From the NCBI RefSeq assembly GCF_030028105.1, contig NC_092396.1, positions 25,299,474 to 25,363,473 on the forward strand: a DNA stretch of 64,000 nt. Direction: 5' to 3'. Origin of the DNA: Mobula birostris. Lineage: Eukaryota. The notes beneath the pieces are model-generated. The model worked only from the letters and a program-made list of their open reading frames with translations. It ran no database searches and was not told the origin of the DNA. Both the position numbers and the translations under genes were made by a program. Shown here one piece after another: positions 35,001-50,000 of the stretch (its first letter is position 1; each line of letters begins with the position of its first letter).

Positions 35001-38000
35001 GGGGCTGAGAGGGAAATGGATCAGCCATGATGAAATGGCAGAGTGGGTTCAATGTGCCGGATGGCCTAGTTCTGCTCCTATGTCTTATGGTCTTAATTTT
35101 CAGAAAACTAACAGATTTTAAATGAAGGATGTGCTTTCTTTCATTGAACTAGAATCCTATTCATTGAAAAGTGCTTTATAATAATTTCTCTGTGATTTTC
35201 TCATACACTGACAGCAACAAATGGAATATTTCTGGAGTGTTAATAAAGCATTTTTACTCTGGTACTAATATTTGTTCAGAGCCATTTCCAAGTGTTTATC
35301 TTATATGTCTACTGCAAGTCTGTGTGTTTAGCCCCCTGCTCCACTCACTTTATACTTATAACTGTGAGGCTAAGTACAACTCCAAGTTTGCTGACGATAC
35401 CACTGTCATTGGCTGAACTAATGGTGCTGACGAATCAGTGTATAGGCGGGACTGAAAGTCTGGTTGAGTGGAGCCCGGTATGGAAATAGCAATGCCCTCT
35501 AAAGGAAAAGCCTACGAAAAGTACTGGATACAGCTCAGTTCTTCACAGGTAAAGCTCTCCCCACCATTGAGCACATCCAGAAGGAACAGTGTCACAGGAA
35601 AGCACCATCGTCAAGGATCCCCACCATCCAGGCCGTGCTCTCTTCTTGTTGCTGCCATCAGGAGGAAGTACAGGAGCTTCAAGACCCACACCACCAGGTT
35701 CAGGAACAGTTATTACCCTCAAACATTAGGTTCTTGAACCAAAGGGGATAAATTCACTCACCCCAACACTGAACTATTCCCAAACCTATGGAGCCACTTT
35801 CAAGGACTTTCCATCTCATGTTCTCAAAATGTATTGCTATTTATTTATTTATTTATTTATTTTAGATTTTGTACTCACACAGTTTTTTTGTCTTTTTGAA
35901 ACATAGAAAACCTACAGCACAATACAGGCTGTTCAGCCCACAAAGTTACGCCGAACATGTCCCTACCTTAGAAATTACTAGGATTACCCATAGCCATCTA
36001 TTTTTCTAAGCTCCATGTACCTATCCAAAAGTCTCTTAAAAGATCCTATCATATCCGCCTCCACCACCGCTCCTGGCAGCCCATTCCACGCACTCACCAC
36101 TCTCTGCATAAAAAACTTACCCCTGACATCTCCTCTGTACCCACTCCCAAGCACCTTAAACCTGTGCCCTCTTGTGGCAGCCATTTCAGCCCTGGGAAAA
36201 AGCCTCTTGACTATCCACACGATCAATGCCTCTCATCATCTTGTACACCTCTATCAGGTCACCTCTCATCCTCCATCACTATGAGAAAAGGCCGAGTTCA
36301 CTCAATCTGTTTTCATAAGGCATGCTCCACAATTACAACATCTTGTAAATCTACTCTGCACCCTTTCTATGGCTTCCACATCCTTCCTGCAGTGAGGCGA
36401 CCAGAACCAAGCATAGTATTCCCAAGTGGGGTCTGACCAGGGTCCTATATAGCTGCAACATTAGCTCTTGGTTCCTAAATTCAGTTCCACGATTGAGGAA
36501 GGCCAATACACTATATGCCTTCTTAACCACAGAGTCAACTTTGAGCGTCCTATGGACTTGGACCCCAAGATCCCTCTGATCCTCCACACTGCCAAGACTC
36601 TTATTATTAATACTATATTCTGCCATCATATTTGACCTACCAAAATGAAGCACTTCACACTTATCTGGGTTGAACTCCATCTGCCACTTCTCAGCTCAGT
36701 TTTGCATCCTATCAATGTCCCACTGTAACCTCTGACAGCCCTCCACACTGTCCACAAAACCTCCAACCTTTGTGTCATCAGCAAACTTACTAACCCATCC
36801 CGCCACTTCCTCATCCAGGTCATTTATAAAAATCACAAAAACTAAGGGACCCTGAACAGATCCCTGAGGCACACCACTGCCCACTGACCTCCACGCAGAA
36901 TACAACCACTCTTTGCCTTCTGTGGGCAAGCCAGTTTTGGATCCACAAAGCAATGTCCCCTTGGATCCCATGCCTCCTTACTTTCTCAATAAGCCTTGCA
37001 TGGGGTACCTTATCAAATGCCTTGCTAAAATCCATATACACTACATCCACTGCTCTTCCTTCATCAATGTGTTTAGTCACATCCTCAAAAAATTCAATCA
37101 GGCTCGTAAGGTATGACCTGCCCTTGACAAAGCCATGTTGACTATTCTTAATCATATTATGCCTCTCCAAATGTTCATAAATCCTGCCTCTCAGAATCTT
37201 CTCCATCAACCTACCAACCACTGAAGTAAGACTCATTGGTCTATAATTTCCTGGGCTATCTCTACTCCCTTTCTTGAATAAAGGAACAACATCTGCAACC
37301 CTACAATCCTCCGGAACCTCTCCCGTCCCCATTGATGATGCCAAGATCATCGCCAGAGGCTCAGCAATCTCCTCCCTTGCCTCCCACAGTAGCCTGGGGT
37401 ACATCTCATCTGGTCCTGGCGACTTATCTAACGTGATGCTTTCCAAAAGCTCCAGCACATCCCCTTTCTTAATATCTACATGCTCAAACTTTTCAGTCTG
37501 CTGCAAGTCATCACTACAATCACCAAGATCCTTTCCCATAGTGAATACTAAAGTATTCATTAAGTACCTCTGCTATCTCCTCCTGTTCCATACACACTTT
37601 CCCACTGTCACACTTGATAGGTCCTATTCTTTCACGTCTTATCCTCTTGCTCTTCACATACTTGTAGAATGCCTTGGGGTTTTCCTTAATCCTGCCCACC
37701 AAGGCCTTCTCACGGCCCCTTCTGGCTCTCCTAATTTCCTTCTGAAGCTCCTTCCTGTTAGCCTTATATTCTTCTAGATCTGTAACTTTATCTAGCTCTC
37801 TGAACCTTTTGTAAGCTTTTCTTTTCTTCTTGATTAGATTTACTACAGCCTTTGTACACCACGGTTCCTGTACCCTACCATAACTTCCCTGTCTCATTGG
37901 AATGTACCTACGCAGAACTCCACACAAATATCCCCTGAACATTTGCCACATTTCTTCCATACCTTTCCCTGAGAACATCTGTTCCCAATTTAAGCTTCCA

Positions 38001-41000
38001 AGTTCCTGCCTGATAGCCTCATAATTCCCCTTACTCCAACTAAACACTTTTCTAACTTTTCTGTTCCTATCTCTCTCCAATGCTGTTGCAAAGGAGATAG
38101 AATTATGATCACTATCTCCAAAATGCTCTCCCACTTTTGCATATGGGTTGTGTGATCATCTTGTTGAGAAAGGGTTTTTCATTGATTCTGTGTGTTTCTA
38201 TGTATCTACTGTGAATGCTCAGAAGAAAATGAATCTCAGGGTTGTATATGGTGACATATATATACTTTGATAATAAACTTACTTTGAATTTTTGAACCTA
38301 GCCAGTTAGTAATTAACAGGTCAGAAATCAGAGCAGAACTTAAGATATTGATTCAATCTACCAACCTGAGCCTGATGCTTTACACTGCTTACTACTATAG
38401 TTAATGCCATTGCCGACCAGAATCAGAATCAGGTTCATTGTCACCAACACATGTAATGAAATTTGTTGTTTTGCAGCAATTAATTTTTTATGCAAGACAT
38501 AAAATTAGTATAAGCTACAAAAAGCACAAATTGCACAAAAGATGAATAATAATACACGGCTCATGGACCATTCAGAAATCTGATGGTGGAGGGGAAGAAG
38601 CTACTCTTGAAATGTTAAGTGTGGGTCTTCAGGCTCCTGTACCTCCTCCCCAATGGGAGTAACACAAGTTCTAGATGATGAGGTTCTTGGATGCAGCATG
38701 CTCAAGGCAGCCCCTCTTAAAGATGTACTTGACGGTGGGAAGGGTGTGCCCAAGGTGGAACTGGACAAGTCTACAACCCCTGCAGTCTTTTGCATTCCTG
38801 TGTATTAGAGCCCGTATGCTGGACTGTAATGCAACCAGTCAGAATGCTCTCCACTGTATGTCTATAAAAAGTGCCAGAGTACTTAGAGACAATCTTCTCA
38901 AACTCCTAAGAAGAAGACCCACTGGCACACCTTCTTCATGATTGCATCAATGTGTTGGGCCAATAATCAAATGAATTATATTTATTGGGCTTGTTGTGTC
39001 AGTAAATTTCTCCGTTTTCTTCTCAGGCCTTGGCCGATTGCAGGAAGCAGAAGAATATCTATCTCAAGCTCAGTGGACAATGATGAAGGCCACAGGGTGC
39101 ATTAATGCCATTCAATACAAGTTGTACAGAAATCTGGGACTGCTGTACACTGCTAAATGTGAATATGACAAAGCACTCTGGTACTTTGCTGATGATGTAA
39201 GTATTTGACAAAGAGAAACAGTTTCTGTTTCCTTCTTTTCCCTCCCTTCAATCTGGAAGCACAAATAAGGTTTGTAGAAATACACCTGTCTTCTTAACCA
39301 AGTGTGTCACTGATGTAGCTTCTGCCTGGCTGAAGGAACTGATGGAGATAGCCACAGTGCTAAAGCTAAATCATTCAAATTGCTTCCTGTCAACATTTTA
39401 TCCTCTATTGAGGCATTATTTTGAGCTCTAGGTTCTTCCACTCTGGCTCAGTTGTCGATGTATGGTAGAACACAGTGGGTTCAGGAGCCTCTGCTGAGAC
39501 TTGGGACACAAAATCAAGACTAGTATTCCAAAGAAGCACTGCATTGGCTGAATTAATGATCTCAAACAACATATTAAACTGAACCTGATCCATTGCCTGA
39601 AGTAGTATTGTGAACTACGGATGGGAGTTGTTCCAGATTTATTCTGTACACATTGTGAACTGAAGGGCCTGTATTGTGCTGTAGGTTTTCTATATTTCTA
39701 TTCCCAAGGCAACATTACTAAAAACACACTGACTGATGATAATATCAAATCTGAGTATGTAAATTGACTGCTGCATTTCCCACATTGCAACAATGATCAC
39801 ATTTCAGATGCTCTTTATTGACTCCAAGGAGCACTATATAAATCTTGTTTTTGTGTAATGAGGTACTCCTCATCCATAACTATTGACATGAATCATAATA
39901 TCTCCTTATCTCGATCCATCACCAAATTTGACACCCTTTCTCATGAACAGAGAAATGAAGAAGTGTTTTCCTTTCCTCTGTACACCATACCTCATCCCCT
40001 TTTCTAGCTTGTTTGCACAGTGAATGTTTATCCTCAAAGTATTCAGCATTATCTGCATGATTGTTATCCTTTTCCTTTTCATGGGATACAATATGGCAGC
40101 GGTCCCCAACCACCGGTCCGCAAAGCATGCGCTACCGGGCCGCGTGGAAACGATATGATTTGGCCATAGGAGTCATCCGCACCTTTCCTCATTCCTTGTC
40201 ATGCCCACTGTTGAGCCATTACGCATGCGAGGTCATTACCCGCGCGTCATCCACGTCAGCGCGGGAAGGAGATCAACTCCTCAAGCTTGCAAATGACAGT
40301 GGGCTGAAAAGTATGTTTGACATAACATCTCTGCCGGCATTCTGGATCTCAAGGTCAAGGCTAAATATCCTGAGATTGCCACTAAAGCATTGAAAACGTT
40401 GCTTCCATTTCCAACACATCTCTGCAATGAATGCAACGAAAACCAAATTGCTTAATAGACTGGACATAAGGAACCCCGTTCGAGTATCGCTGTCTCCCGT
40501 CACCCCTCGATAGGACCGTCTTGTTGCAGGGAAACAAGCCCAGGACTCCCACTGATTCAGCGATATTGGTGTGTTGCAATGATTTTATATGTTCATACGG
40601 GGAAAATATATGCTGTGTGTTTAATATCCAAATGTTACTTAAAATGTTATGATGCTATTGACTTACTCATATAACAATTACAGCATGGATACAGGACATC
40701 TCCGCCCTTCTAGTCCGTGCCGAACGCTACTCGCACCTAGTCCCACCGACCTGCACTCAGCCCATAACCTTCCATTCCTTTCCTGTCCATATACCTATCC
40801 AATTTTTCTTTAAATGATAATATCGAACCTGTCTCAACCACTTCTACTGGAAGTTTGTTCAACACTTACTTCAAGCTCCCCTGATAATTGACTTATCGCT
40901 ATATTCATGCGAGGAAAATATGCGCTGTGTGTTTAATATTAAATTCGTTAGATAAACCCTTTTAGAAAGGAAATTGAGTGTATTAGCCACTTATCACCGA

Positions 41001-44000
41001 TATTCCGGTCGTGATTAATACCTCCCCCCTCCGCGAACAGTATCGCCAAAAACGATTTGTAGAAAAAATCGGCACGTACACGTATGCACAAAGCACGCGC
41101 GCGCACTGGTGCCCGCGCAAGGCTTCATGGTCATTGTAGTCTTTGTGCAAACAACGTATTTCGCTCTTGTCCGTTGGCAGCTCTACCCCCCCCCCCACGA
41201 AAAATTCTTCAAGGCCAACGCATTCGGCCACAAGGCAATTAGACAGTGGTCAGCACGTACTGTCCTGCAGGAGAAGGACGTGATGGACACAGTGGCGTGG
41301 TTGCCTGAGCAGACCGTCCAGTTCATCTGGCAAAATGCCTCATCGCCAGATCTCACCAACAGGCAGCAGGACCTCGCCTGGCTGGCGGTGAGAGGGGCCC
41401 TCCCAGTCAGAGCCCTCCTGTACGCCCGGAATGTCGTCTCCACACCCCGCTGCCCACGGGAGGACTGTAATGGGGTGGAGTCGGTGGCTCACCTCTTTGC
41501 ACACTGTGGGTTCGCGAAGAAGAATGGAGGCGACAGTGCTAAGATTCATGCCCAGCAGCTGCGTTACCGAGGAGTCCGTGATCTACGGGCTGTTCCCGGG
41601 GACGCACACGGAGACCAACATCCGGTGCTGCTGGCAGATCATCAATTAGGTGAAAGTCAGCCCGAAACTTGGTGGTCGGCCAGCACATGGAGATGTCCGT
41701 GACTGAATGCTGCCGACTGGCCCCCTCTCGCCTGCAGGAGTACGTGCTGAGGGATGCACTCAAGCTTGGTGCGGCCACCGCGAAGGCCCGCTGGGGAAGG
41801 ACCACAGTTTGAGGTTCCTCACCCGTGGGAGTGGGAGGGGTCGGCTGGGGAGGAGAATAACCCTCATCAGCGGTGTGGACAGATGAATCAACATGGTGCC
41901 CCAGGAGTGGGTGGAATTGTTAATTTGGAAAAGGAATTGGAGCCAACGCCTGCCTTTATTGTTGATAATTTTATTGTAAGTCTTAACTCTTGACCAAGGG
42001 TTCAGAGTAAATGAACGTTTTATTGTAAATATCTTTCATTTGTATATGAACAGAGAGTCAACGCATAATTTTATTGTAAATAACTTTATTTATTGAATAA
42101 GGATGCAGGGTCAACGAATGTTTTTTTTAAATATGTTTATTACTCTATTTTGTAATACTTCTGAATAAAGTTTTTTTGGAGGAAAAAAGAACTCTACCCC
42201 CCCCCCCCCCGGGTCGGCCGGTCTGCAAGAATATTGTCAATATGAAACCGGTCCGCAACGCAAAAAAGGTTGGGAACTCCTGCAATATGGGGCCAGTTCT
42301 GAGTCGAACAATTGTACTGCTGAGGGCTTTACCTAACTGAGATGGGAGGTGGAGCTCGGTGAAAGAGAGAGGTGGGGAGAGATTTTTAAAAAAAAAAGTC
42401 AACATGTAAATAGAACAACGAAAGAGAGTAGAGGAAAACAAAGGAGGACGCTGATTACAAGGAAGAAAACGTTTCAGAACAGGGTCTGAAATATAAACCA
42501 TGAAGTGAGAATAAATCATATTAAAAATGAATTAGACTGTTTGCCCAGCAATCCACACAGTGACCATAATAAAACAGGAGAACAAAAGGTAATCGTGCTG
42601 GCAAGAAATGGCCTGGTAGGGTTTGCTGAGACATGGCTGCAGGAAAAGGAATTAAATGTTCCAGGTTATACCATATGTATTTAAAATGTTTGAGAGGGGA
42701 TTAAAAGGAGAAAAGGTAGCAATACTTATCAGGGATAAAATAGTGGTATTAGAAAGGAAAACATAGCAATAAGGAAGACAAATAATGGAATGGGTTAAGA
42801 GAAAAGACAATAAAGGAGCAATTGCACTAATGGGCATAACAGTGTAAAAAAGGGAAAAGATATGCACATAAATTAGGGAGTATGCATAAAACATTTAAAA
42901 AATCACAGGGAATTTAAGCTATCCCAATATTAATTGTTTATGAGATAGATGAAGAGGACGTGGAAATGGTGTTTCCACCAATTTGTAGAGGTCTCTTTCC
43001 TAGCTCAATATTTGAAATATTTAACAAAGTTGTTTATCTATTGCATAAGGAATGATCTAGAGTAGGTGGGGGAGGGGAACAATGAGACAATATTGATCTT
43101 AACATAACGCACTGCAAAATCATAACAGTATGCCGAGAATCAGGTTAATAAAGTGGAGAAAAGCTAATTTTGAAAGGCTGCAAACTTGAAATTAAATGGG
43201 TAATAGTGTTGATATTGTCAATTAGAACAACATTGGAAATAATTTTAAATGGTGTGTAAATGAGTACAGGAATGTTTTAGTATAGTACTAGGAAAGAACA
43301 TCTCAACACCATATAGAGATTTTTTAAACAATGAAAGATTTTGATTGAGTGAATACAGAGAAAATAATTCAATTTATGGGCAAGAACAAATCTGAAGACT
43401 ATCAATATAAAGTAGAGACCAAAAAAATCCAATAGGCAGTTCATAGAGAAACTTTTTACCCGAAGAGTAGCAAGAATGTGAAACTTGCTACCCGTGGAAA
43501 AGGTTGTAGAAGATAGTACTGATGATTTAAGCTGAAGCTGGGCAAATACACAATAGAGAAAGGTACAGAGGGCAATGCTGCTAGGTTTAGATGAGGTGAG
43601 ATGAGAAGGTCTGGGATGGAATATGCGTGCTGCTGTGGACTAGTTGGGCTGAATGGCCTGTTCTGTCCCAAATCCTGTACCATTCTTCCCTGCTTGGCAA
43701 ACTTTCTCCTAATGAATGTTCACTCAAAGGACTTTTTTTTTCAAATCTGATTCTTCACTTAGCAGGGATTTCATTCACTTAAACAATAGTGGGGAAATCC
43801 AATTTCACTTCTTGCAACATTACTGGAGCTTCCTTATAAATTGTCATACAGTAGTCGGGCAGTGAGTCGCACAAGTACAACAAGCAGTGAGGTGCCTCTG
43901 TCTAGAAACTGACAGCTGAACAATAATGTCAGGGAGTAACTCTAGCCAGCAGGGCATGAATGCCCCTCCTGCCCTGTGACAAACTGGCAGAACTGAACCG

Positions 44001-47000
44001 ATCGTCCCAAAAACTAATAACTAAGTGTGGATCAGTAAAGTGCCATTTTGTCGTCTTCTTCCTTCAACACCACCTTCTGAGTACTTCATTACCAAGCTAA
44101 ATTTTATTTACAGGAAATAATAATAATCTGCTTCGCAATTAACAGATTTTCAAATAACAAAGGATTCTATGTTAATTAGGGAGACCTGTCTTGCAATATA
44201 ATCTAAAGATGTGCTGTAGCAATTCCAACATATATTTCCCTCATAATATAAACACTAGGACAGGGTTTGGGGGGGGCGGGGAACACAGATAATCAGTCTT
44301 AGTGCATCATGTTTGATATATATCAAACAGAAATATATAGCATAGATGAACTTATGATTAAAATTTGAGCCATTCTGCTTGTCCACTGGCATTATTTGAC
44401 AGAACAAAATATGTCATTGAATATAAAACTATTTGAAAGAAACTAATGGTGGGAATTTGCCTTCGACAGATTTACCATGCCACTCAGGTATTTGGTGTGT
44501 CCGATGTTCACACGGCTGGTGGGTATTATCATATGGCCAATGTATTTTACAAACAGGAAAAGATGGACGTAGCAGACTCACTGTACTCAGAGGTAAACAT
44601 CAGAATTGTGTAACCAGCACGATTAGTCAGACCAAGTGGCAATTTGTCTGCTCTCTTTACCCATAATGGAAACAACTACTTGATGGTAAATCAAAGTACA
44701 TATATGTCACCATATACAACCCTGAGATTCATTTTCTTTGGGCTTACTCAATAATAACTACAGAATAATAACCATAACTGAATAAATGAAAGACCACTCA
44801 ACTAGGGCATTCAACCAGAGTGCAGAACAGAACAAACTGCAATACAAAAAGAAGAATTAATAATATTAAATAAATAAGCAATAAATATCAAGAACATAAG
44901 ATGAAGAGGCCTTGAAAGTGAGTCTGTTGGTTGTGTGAACATTTCAATGATGGGGCAAGAGAAGTTATCTCTTTGGTTCAAGAGCCTGATGTTGAGGGGT
45001 AGTAACTGTTCCTGAACCTGGTGGTGTGGGTCCTGAGGTTCTTGTACCTTCTTCCTGATGGAAGCAGCAAGAAGACACCATGTCCTGGATGGTGAGGGTC
45101 CCTGATGATGGATGCTGCTTTCCAGTGACAGTGTTTCATGTAGATGTGCTCAATGGTTAGGAAGGCTTTACCAGTGATGTGACAGCTGTTCTCTTCCTAT
45201 ACTTGTTGACAGTGTCTTAGCCCAGGACAAATCAGCTTCTCTCTTAATATGAAAATTCAATTTCCAGCAGCAGTTTATATTAAAAGAGATAGGAGCAGGA
45301 TAAGGCCATTCAGCCCAAGTCTCCTGAACCGTTCAAACATTCTGATTTTTTTTCAACCCAATTCTCTGCCTTCCACTGTAACTTTTAACCTTCTTACCAA
45401 TCAAAAACCTATCCATCTCTGCCCTATATATACCCAATGACTTGGCCTCATAGAAATCTGGCAACAAATTCCAGATTCAGCATTTTTCGATTAAGAAGTT
45501 CCTCTTCTTCTCAGTTTTGAAGGAGCATCCCTTTATTTCTGAGGCTGTGCTCTCAGATCCTATATTGTCTTACTAATGGAAATGTCCTCTCCACATCCAG
45601 TCTTTCAGTATCTGTTAAGTTTCAAAGAGGTTCCTCCTCATCCTTCTGAATTCTATCAAGTACAGGCCCAAAGACATTAACCAACCCTCATATGTTTATC
45701 CTTTCACTCCTGGGTTCATTCTCATGAATCTCCTCTGGACCCTCACCAACACATCTTTCCTGAGATAAGGGGCTCAAATTTAATCACGATAATGATCAAT
45801 AGAAATTTAGGTGGTTTCCATATCCTGTGACGTAATCCATTTTTGGTTCTCGGCACTACGCAGATGAAATGCATTAACAGAAAGCACTAATATAACTGGG
45901 AAAGGCTAGGTAACCAATGTGGTCATGATTGAGATGCAGAGAAGGTGTAGGAGGATATGAACAAGCTACATGAATAGGTGAGGACATGGCAGATAGAAGA
46001 CAATGTGGAAAAATATAGGAAGGTTGGAGCACTAGAGAAGAGATATCTTGTTGGGTCCTAGTGAGAGCACCAATGGAATTTTGTGTGCAGTTCTGACCTT
46101 CTTACCTAAGGATACATTTGAGACAGAGAGAGTACAATGAAGGCTGCCCAGCTTGAATTTGAGGATGGCAGAAGAGATTAAACAGTCCAGAATTCATAAG
46201 GATAAAAGGTACTCTCAATATATAGTAAACTTAAAAGGGCATGACAAGGTAGGTGCATAGTTAATATTTGCCCGGCGACAGGTCTAGAACCGGGAAGTAA
46301 GGGGCTGGCCAACACGGATGGAGGAGAAATTTCTGACCTCGAAAATGACAAATCTTTTACATTCTCTGCCTAGGTGAGTTACTCATTTGCTGAGAATAGT
46401 TAAGAAAGAGATTGTTGGCTTTTTAAATATGAAGAGAATCAATCTATATGGGTATAGTGCAGAAAAGTGGCACTGAAATTAAAGATCAGCCTTAACTGAC
46501 TGAATGATAGTGGAGACACAAGGGACCAAATGACCTATGCCCTCTGTTTCTTGTGCTATTAATCTCACAGAGCCACCAAGAGGCATTAATTTAATCCATT
46601 AGCCATTGTTAATATTTCAAATTTACTGCTAATAACTTCTATACATTCAAGCAAAAGTCATATATTCTTCGAGAGATAGGTGTAGTGAATGACTTATGTA
46701 ATCAGCATAAAACCAGAGTACTTTAAATTGAAAAGACAATACCATAGCAGGAAGGGGACTTTCTGAGATTGGACTGGAAGATGAATTGAATGAATTTGTT
46801 TTGCTTAAACTGGAGCAGAGAGGGTAAAGATTTAATCTTGATCTAATCACACCTGAATACCTGGTACTCAAACAAAAGGCCTGAAATAAGGAAGTGATAT
46901 CACAGACAGACATCTCTGCTTAAATTCTGAAAGTTAAAATTGGCAACAATTCTTTTTATGTAGGTTATTGCAATTTAATTATAGGGGTGTGTGGGAATAT

Positions 47001-50000
47001 ATTTAGCATTTTGGGATTTTGTGCATAGGATTGCATTATAAGACCATAAAACATAAGAGCAGAACTAAACTATTCAGCCATTCAGTCTGCTCCACCATTC
47101 GATGATGGCTGATTTGCTTTCCCTCTCAGCCCTATCCTACTACCTCTCTCCTTAATCTTTGACGCCCTTACTAATCACTAACCTGTCAACCTTCACTTCA
47201 AGCACACACAATAATTGGGCCAACACAGCTCATCTGTGGCACTGAATTCCACAGATTTACCTCTTTTTGGCTAAAGAAATTCCTCATCATTTCAGTTGTA
47301 TAGGGACAATTTTGTACTCTGAGTCTGTGCCCTCTGGTCCTAGACTCTCCTATTATTGGGAAAAAATCCTCCCCATGTTCATTCTATGTAGGCCTTTCAA
47401 TATTTAGTAGGTTCAATATGATCCCTTCCCCTGCCACTCATTCTTCTAAACTCCAGTGAGTACAGGCACAGAGCCATCAAACATTCTTCATATGTCAACC
47501 CTTTCATTCCTAGGCCATTCTCGTAAACCTCCTCTGGACCTCCTCCATTGACAGAACATCCTATCTTAGAAATGCAGACCAAAACTGCACACAGTACTCC
47601 TAATGTGGTCTGACCAATACCTGATAAAGCCTTATTATTTCATTGCTTTTATATTCTGTATAAAATATATCCTGCGCGAGAACTCCGAAGTCCTTTTTCA
47701 CCTCTGATTTTTGAATTCGGTTTAGAAAATAGTCTACACCTTTGTTCCTTCTACTAAAGTGCGTCACCTTACACTCCCTACACTGTATCCCATCTGCCAC
47801 CTAATTGCTCATTCTCCTAACTTGACTAAATCTTTCTGCAGACTACTTGCTTCCTGAACAGTACCTGCCTCTCCAACTATCTTTGTATCATCCACAAACT
47901 TGGCCATCAATTCCATCATCCAGATCATTAACATATAACATGAAATGAAGTGGTCCCAACACTGACCCACGTGGAACACGACTAGTCAACCGCAGCCAAC
48001 CAAAAAAGACGCCCTTTATTCCCATTCTTTGCCTCCTGCCAGTCACCCAATCTTCTGTCCAGGCTAGTCATCTTCCTGTAATACCATGTGCTTCTACCTC
48101 GTTTAGCAGCCTTGTATGCAGCAACTTGTCAAAGACCTTCTGAAATCCAAGTAAATAACATAATTGACTCCTGAGTCGGCTGGGGTGATATACTGCGTCC
48201 GGTGCTCCTGACGCGGCCTTCCGTATATTGGCGAGACCCGACGCAGACTGGGAGATCGTTTTGCTGAACACCTACACTCTGTCCGCCAGAGAAAGCAGGA
48301 TCTCCCAGTGGCCACACATTTTAATTCCACGTCCCATTCCCATTCTTATATGTCTACCCACGGCCTCCTCTACTGTAAAGATGAAGCCACACTCAGGTTG
48401 GAGGAACAACATCTTATATTCCGTCTGGGTAGCCTCCAACCTCATGGCATGAACATTGACTTCTCTAACTTATATTAATGCCCCACCTCCCCTTTGNNNN
48501 NNNNNNNNNNNNNNNNNNNNNNNNNNNNNNNNNNNNNNNNNNNNNNNNNNNNNNNNNNNNNNNNNNNNNNNNNNNNNNNNNNNNNNNNNNNNNNNNNNNN
48601 NNNNNNNNNNNNNNNNNNNNNNNNNNNNNNNNNNNNNNNNNNNNNNNNCTGTAACTCCTTGCCCATCCTCTGGGTTCCCCCCCCCTTCTTTCTCCCTAGG
48701 CCTCCTGTCCCATGATCCTCTCCCTTCTCCAGCCTCGTATCCCTTTTGCCAATCAACTTTCCAGCTCTTAGCTCCATCCCTCCCCTTCCTGTCCTCTCCT
48801 ATCATTTCAGATCTCCCCTTCCCCCTCCCATTTTCAAATCTCTTACTATCTCTTCTTTCAGTTAGTCCTGACAAAGGGTGTCTGCCCGAAATGTCGACTG
48901 TACCTCTTCCTATAGATGCTGCCTGGCCTGCTGCGTTCACCAGCATTTTTTGTGTGTGTCAATTGACTCCTTTGGCTATCCTGCCTGTTATTTTCTCAAG
49001 AATTCCAACAGATTTGTCAGGAAAGATTTATTTTTTACAGAAACCATACTGACTTCAGCCTGTTTGCCTCCAAGCTCCCCAAAACCTCATAATTAATAAT
49101 GGATTCCAACATCTTACCATTAAATTTGGGCAAGCTGGCTTTTGCCTTGCCCCCTTCTTAAGGAGTGGAGTGACATTTGTGATTTTCCAGTTCTCTAGAA
49201 CTATTCCAGAATCTACTGATTCTTGAAAGATTATTACTAATGCCTCCACAATCTCTTCAGCTACCTCTTTCATAACTCTGAGGTGTAGTCCATCTGGTCT
49301 GGATGTATTCATGTTGGAGAATAATGAGACTCATAAACAAATTAACTTGTATTTTTGTCTAGTAAAGAATTAAAAGTTCTCAAATGAATATTTTCATGCA
49401 GGTGACCGATATCTGGAAAAATTTCTTGGCTGAACTGGTTGAGACGGAAATACAAAAATCTCTGTGGAAAGCTGGCTTCAGTTCACCAGAACCTGGCACC
49501 AGCCTTGTTGATGTGGAAGATGTTTTTGGTTAGTGCCTACAACATTGTCTCTTTTCTTAAAGTACAGTACTTATACAAAAAGCTATGAAAGTAACATGAA
49601 ATGAAACCAGTCAGTCATGCCAGAGAATATTAAGGACAATGTCTCCAAGGTTAGAATCTGGAAGTTCTTTTTTTCCAAATTCTCAATACTCTCAATCAAA
49701 ATTCTCAGCCATCAAGAATAAATGTTGAATTGACAGCCCTACTTTTAACAAACTACTCTAATATGCCTCAAGAAACTCTGTTGATCAGTAAGCTTGGTTA
49801 ATCAGTCAATATCATGTAGGAAGCAAATTAAACTGAATGATATTGGAAACCACTTGCCAAGGCGGTATAAGAAGGCTCAGATAGAGTGTTAATTGTCAAA
49901 CAATTAATATAAATGATTGTCTTCAGAGTGTGAATAGGGAAAGGATCAGTGTAATAAAAATATCTAAAAAGGTAAAGGAAGTGTAGAGTTTGGAAGTTGG

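Larger units (their letters stand above)
47041..49312 (-). mobile_element. CR1 LINE interrupted by a Penelope-like element
   Basis: AGACCATAAAACATAAGAGCAG tail; RT pieces LYQVLVRPH, PDGLHLRVMKEVAEEI. Confidence 0.85.

Noticed and set aside
48456-49052. ORFs containing X runs
   Set aside because: Artefacts of translating through the N gap.
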